Of a stretch of 34,747 bases of DNA, positions 34,704 to 34,747 are shown one piece after another (the first letter of the stretch is position 1; each line of letters begins with the position of its first letter). The translations under genes and the position numbers were made by a program. The notes beneath the pieces are model-generated. The model did no database searches and was not told the DNA's origin. It was given only the letters and a program-made list of their open reading frames with translations. The DNA is from an uncultured Clostridia bacterium. Lineage in GTDB: Bacteria > Bacillota > Clostridia > Peptostreptococcales > Anaerovoracaceae. The stretch covers positions 1-34,747 of the forward strand of contig CAMNJG010000001.1 of the NCBI GenBank assembly GCA_946541285.1, in the 5' to 3' direction.

Positions 34704-34747
34704 GGGAGATCTTACCCCACGAGCAAAGCGAGTGGATGGTAAGTCCC
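34704..34747 (+). repeat. Hairpin with purine-rich AAAGCGAG loop (family copy, truncated by window end)
   Basis: GGGA-gat-CTTACC-CCACGAGCAAAGCGAGTGGAT-GGTAAG-TCCC. Confidence 0.35.

Overview
Chromosomal window from a moderately GC-rich (~55%) Firmicute, most likely a Clostridia-class anaerobe. About 30 genes lie on the minus strand and only thrH-cbiL on the plus strand. Reading the plus strand left to right: a heterodimeric ABC exporter pair, yjbQ, a PHP phosphatase, a sufCBDSU Fe-S assembly operon, a MATE exporter, thrH-cbiL, a polysaccharide deacetylase, a cytidylate-kinase-like protein, a large L,D-transpeptidase/SLH wall protein and a HAD hydrolase. These are followed by the block tlyA-dxs-oapA-[639-nt non-coding gap]-ispA-xseB-xseA, an mtnA/class-II-aldolase pair, alaX, a TIGR03960/TIGR03936 radical-SAM pair and a three-domain NTP-transferase/HD/histidine-phosphatase fusion. 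The strongest signal is the 639-nt ORF-free, stem-rich gap between ispA and a 193-aa four-TM protein. Its synteny matches the published OLE RNA / OapA locus. Other signals the gene calls do not explain: (1) a 40-bp palindromic element in two inverted copies (39/40) flanking the three-domain gene, one copy inside a 116-bp nested palindrome next to an extended -10; (2) a perfect 26-bp inverted repeat pair 4 kb apart that brackets the only plus-strand genes, plus a degenerate third copy outlining a MITE-like 243-bp unit; (3) hairpins with different stems but similar purine-rich loops; (4) a promoter-to-hairpin unit of ~155 nt upstream of the suf operon that may be a small RNA. All coordinates and motifs were read by eye. 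Homology calls rest on recognised motifs, not on searches.
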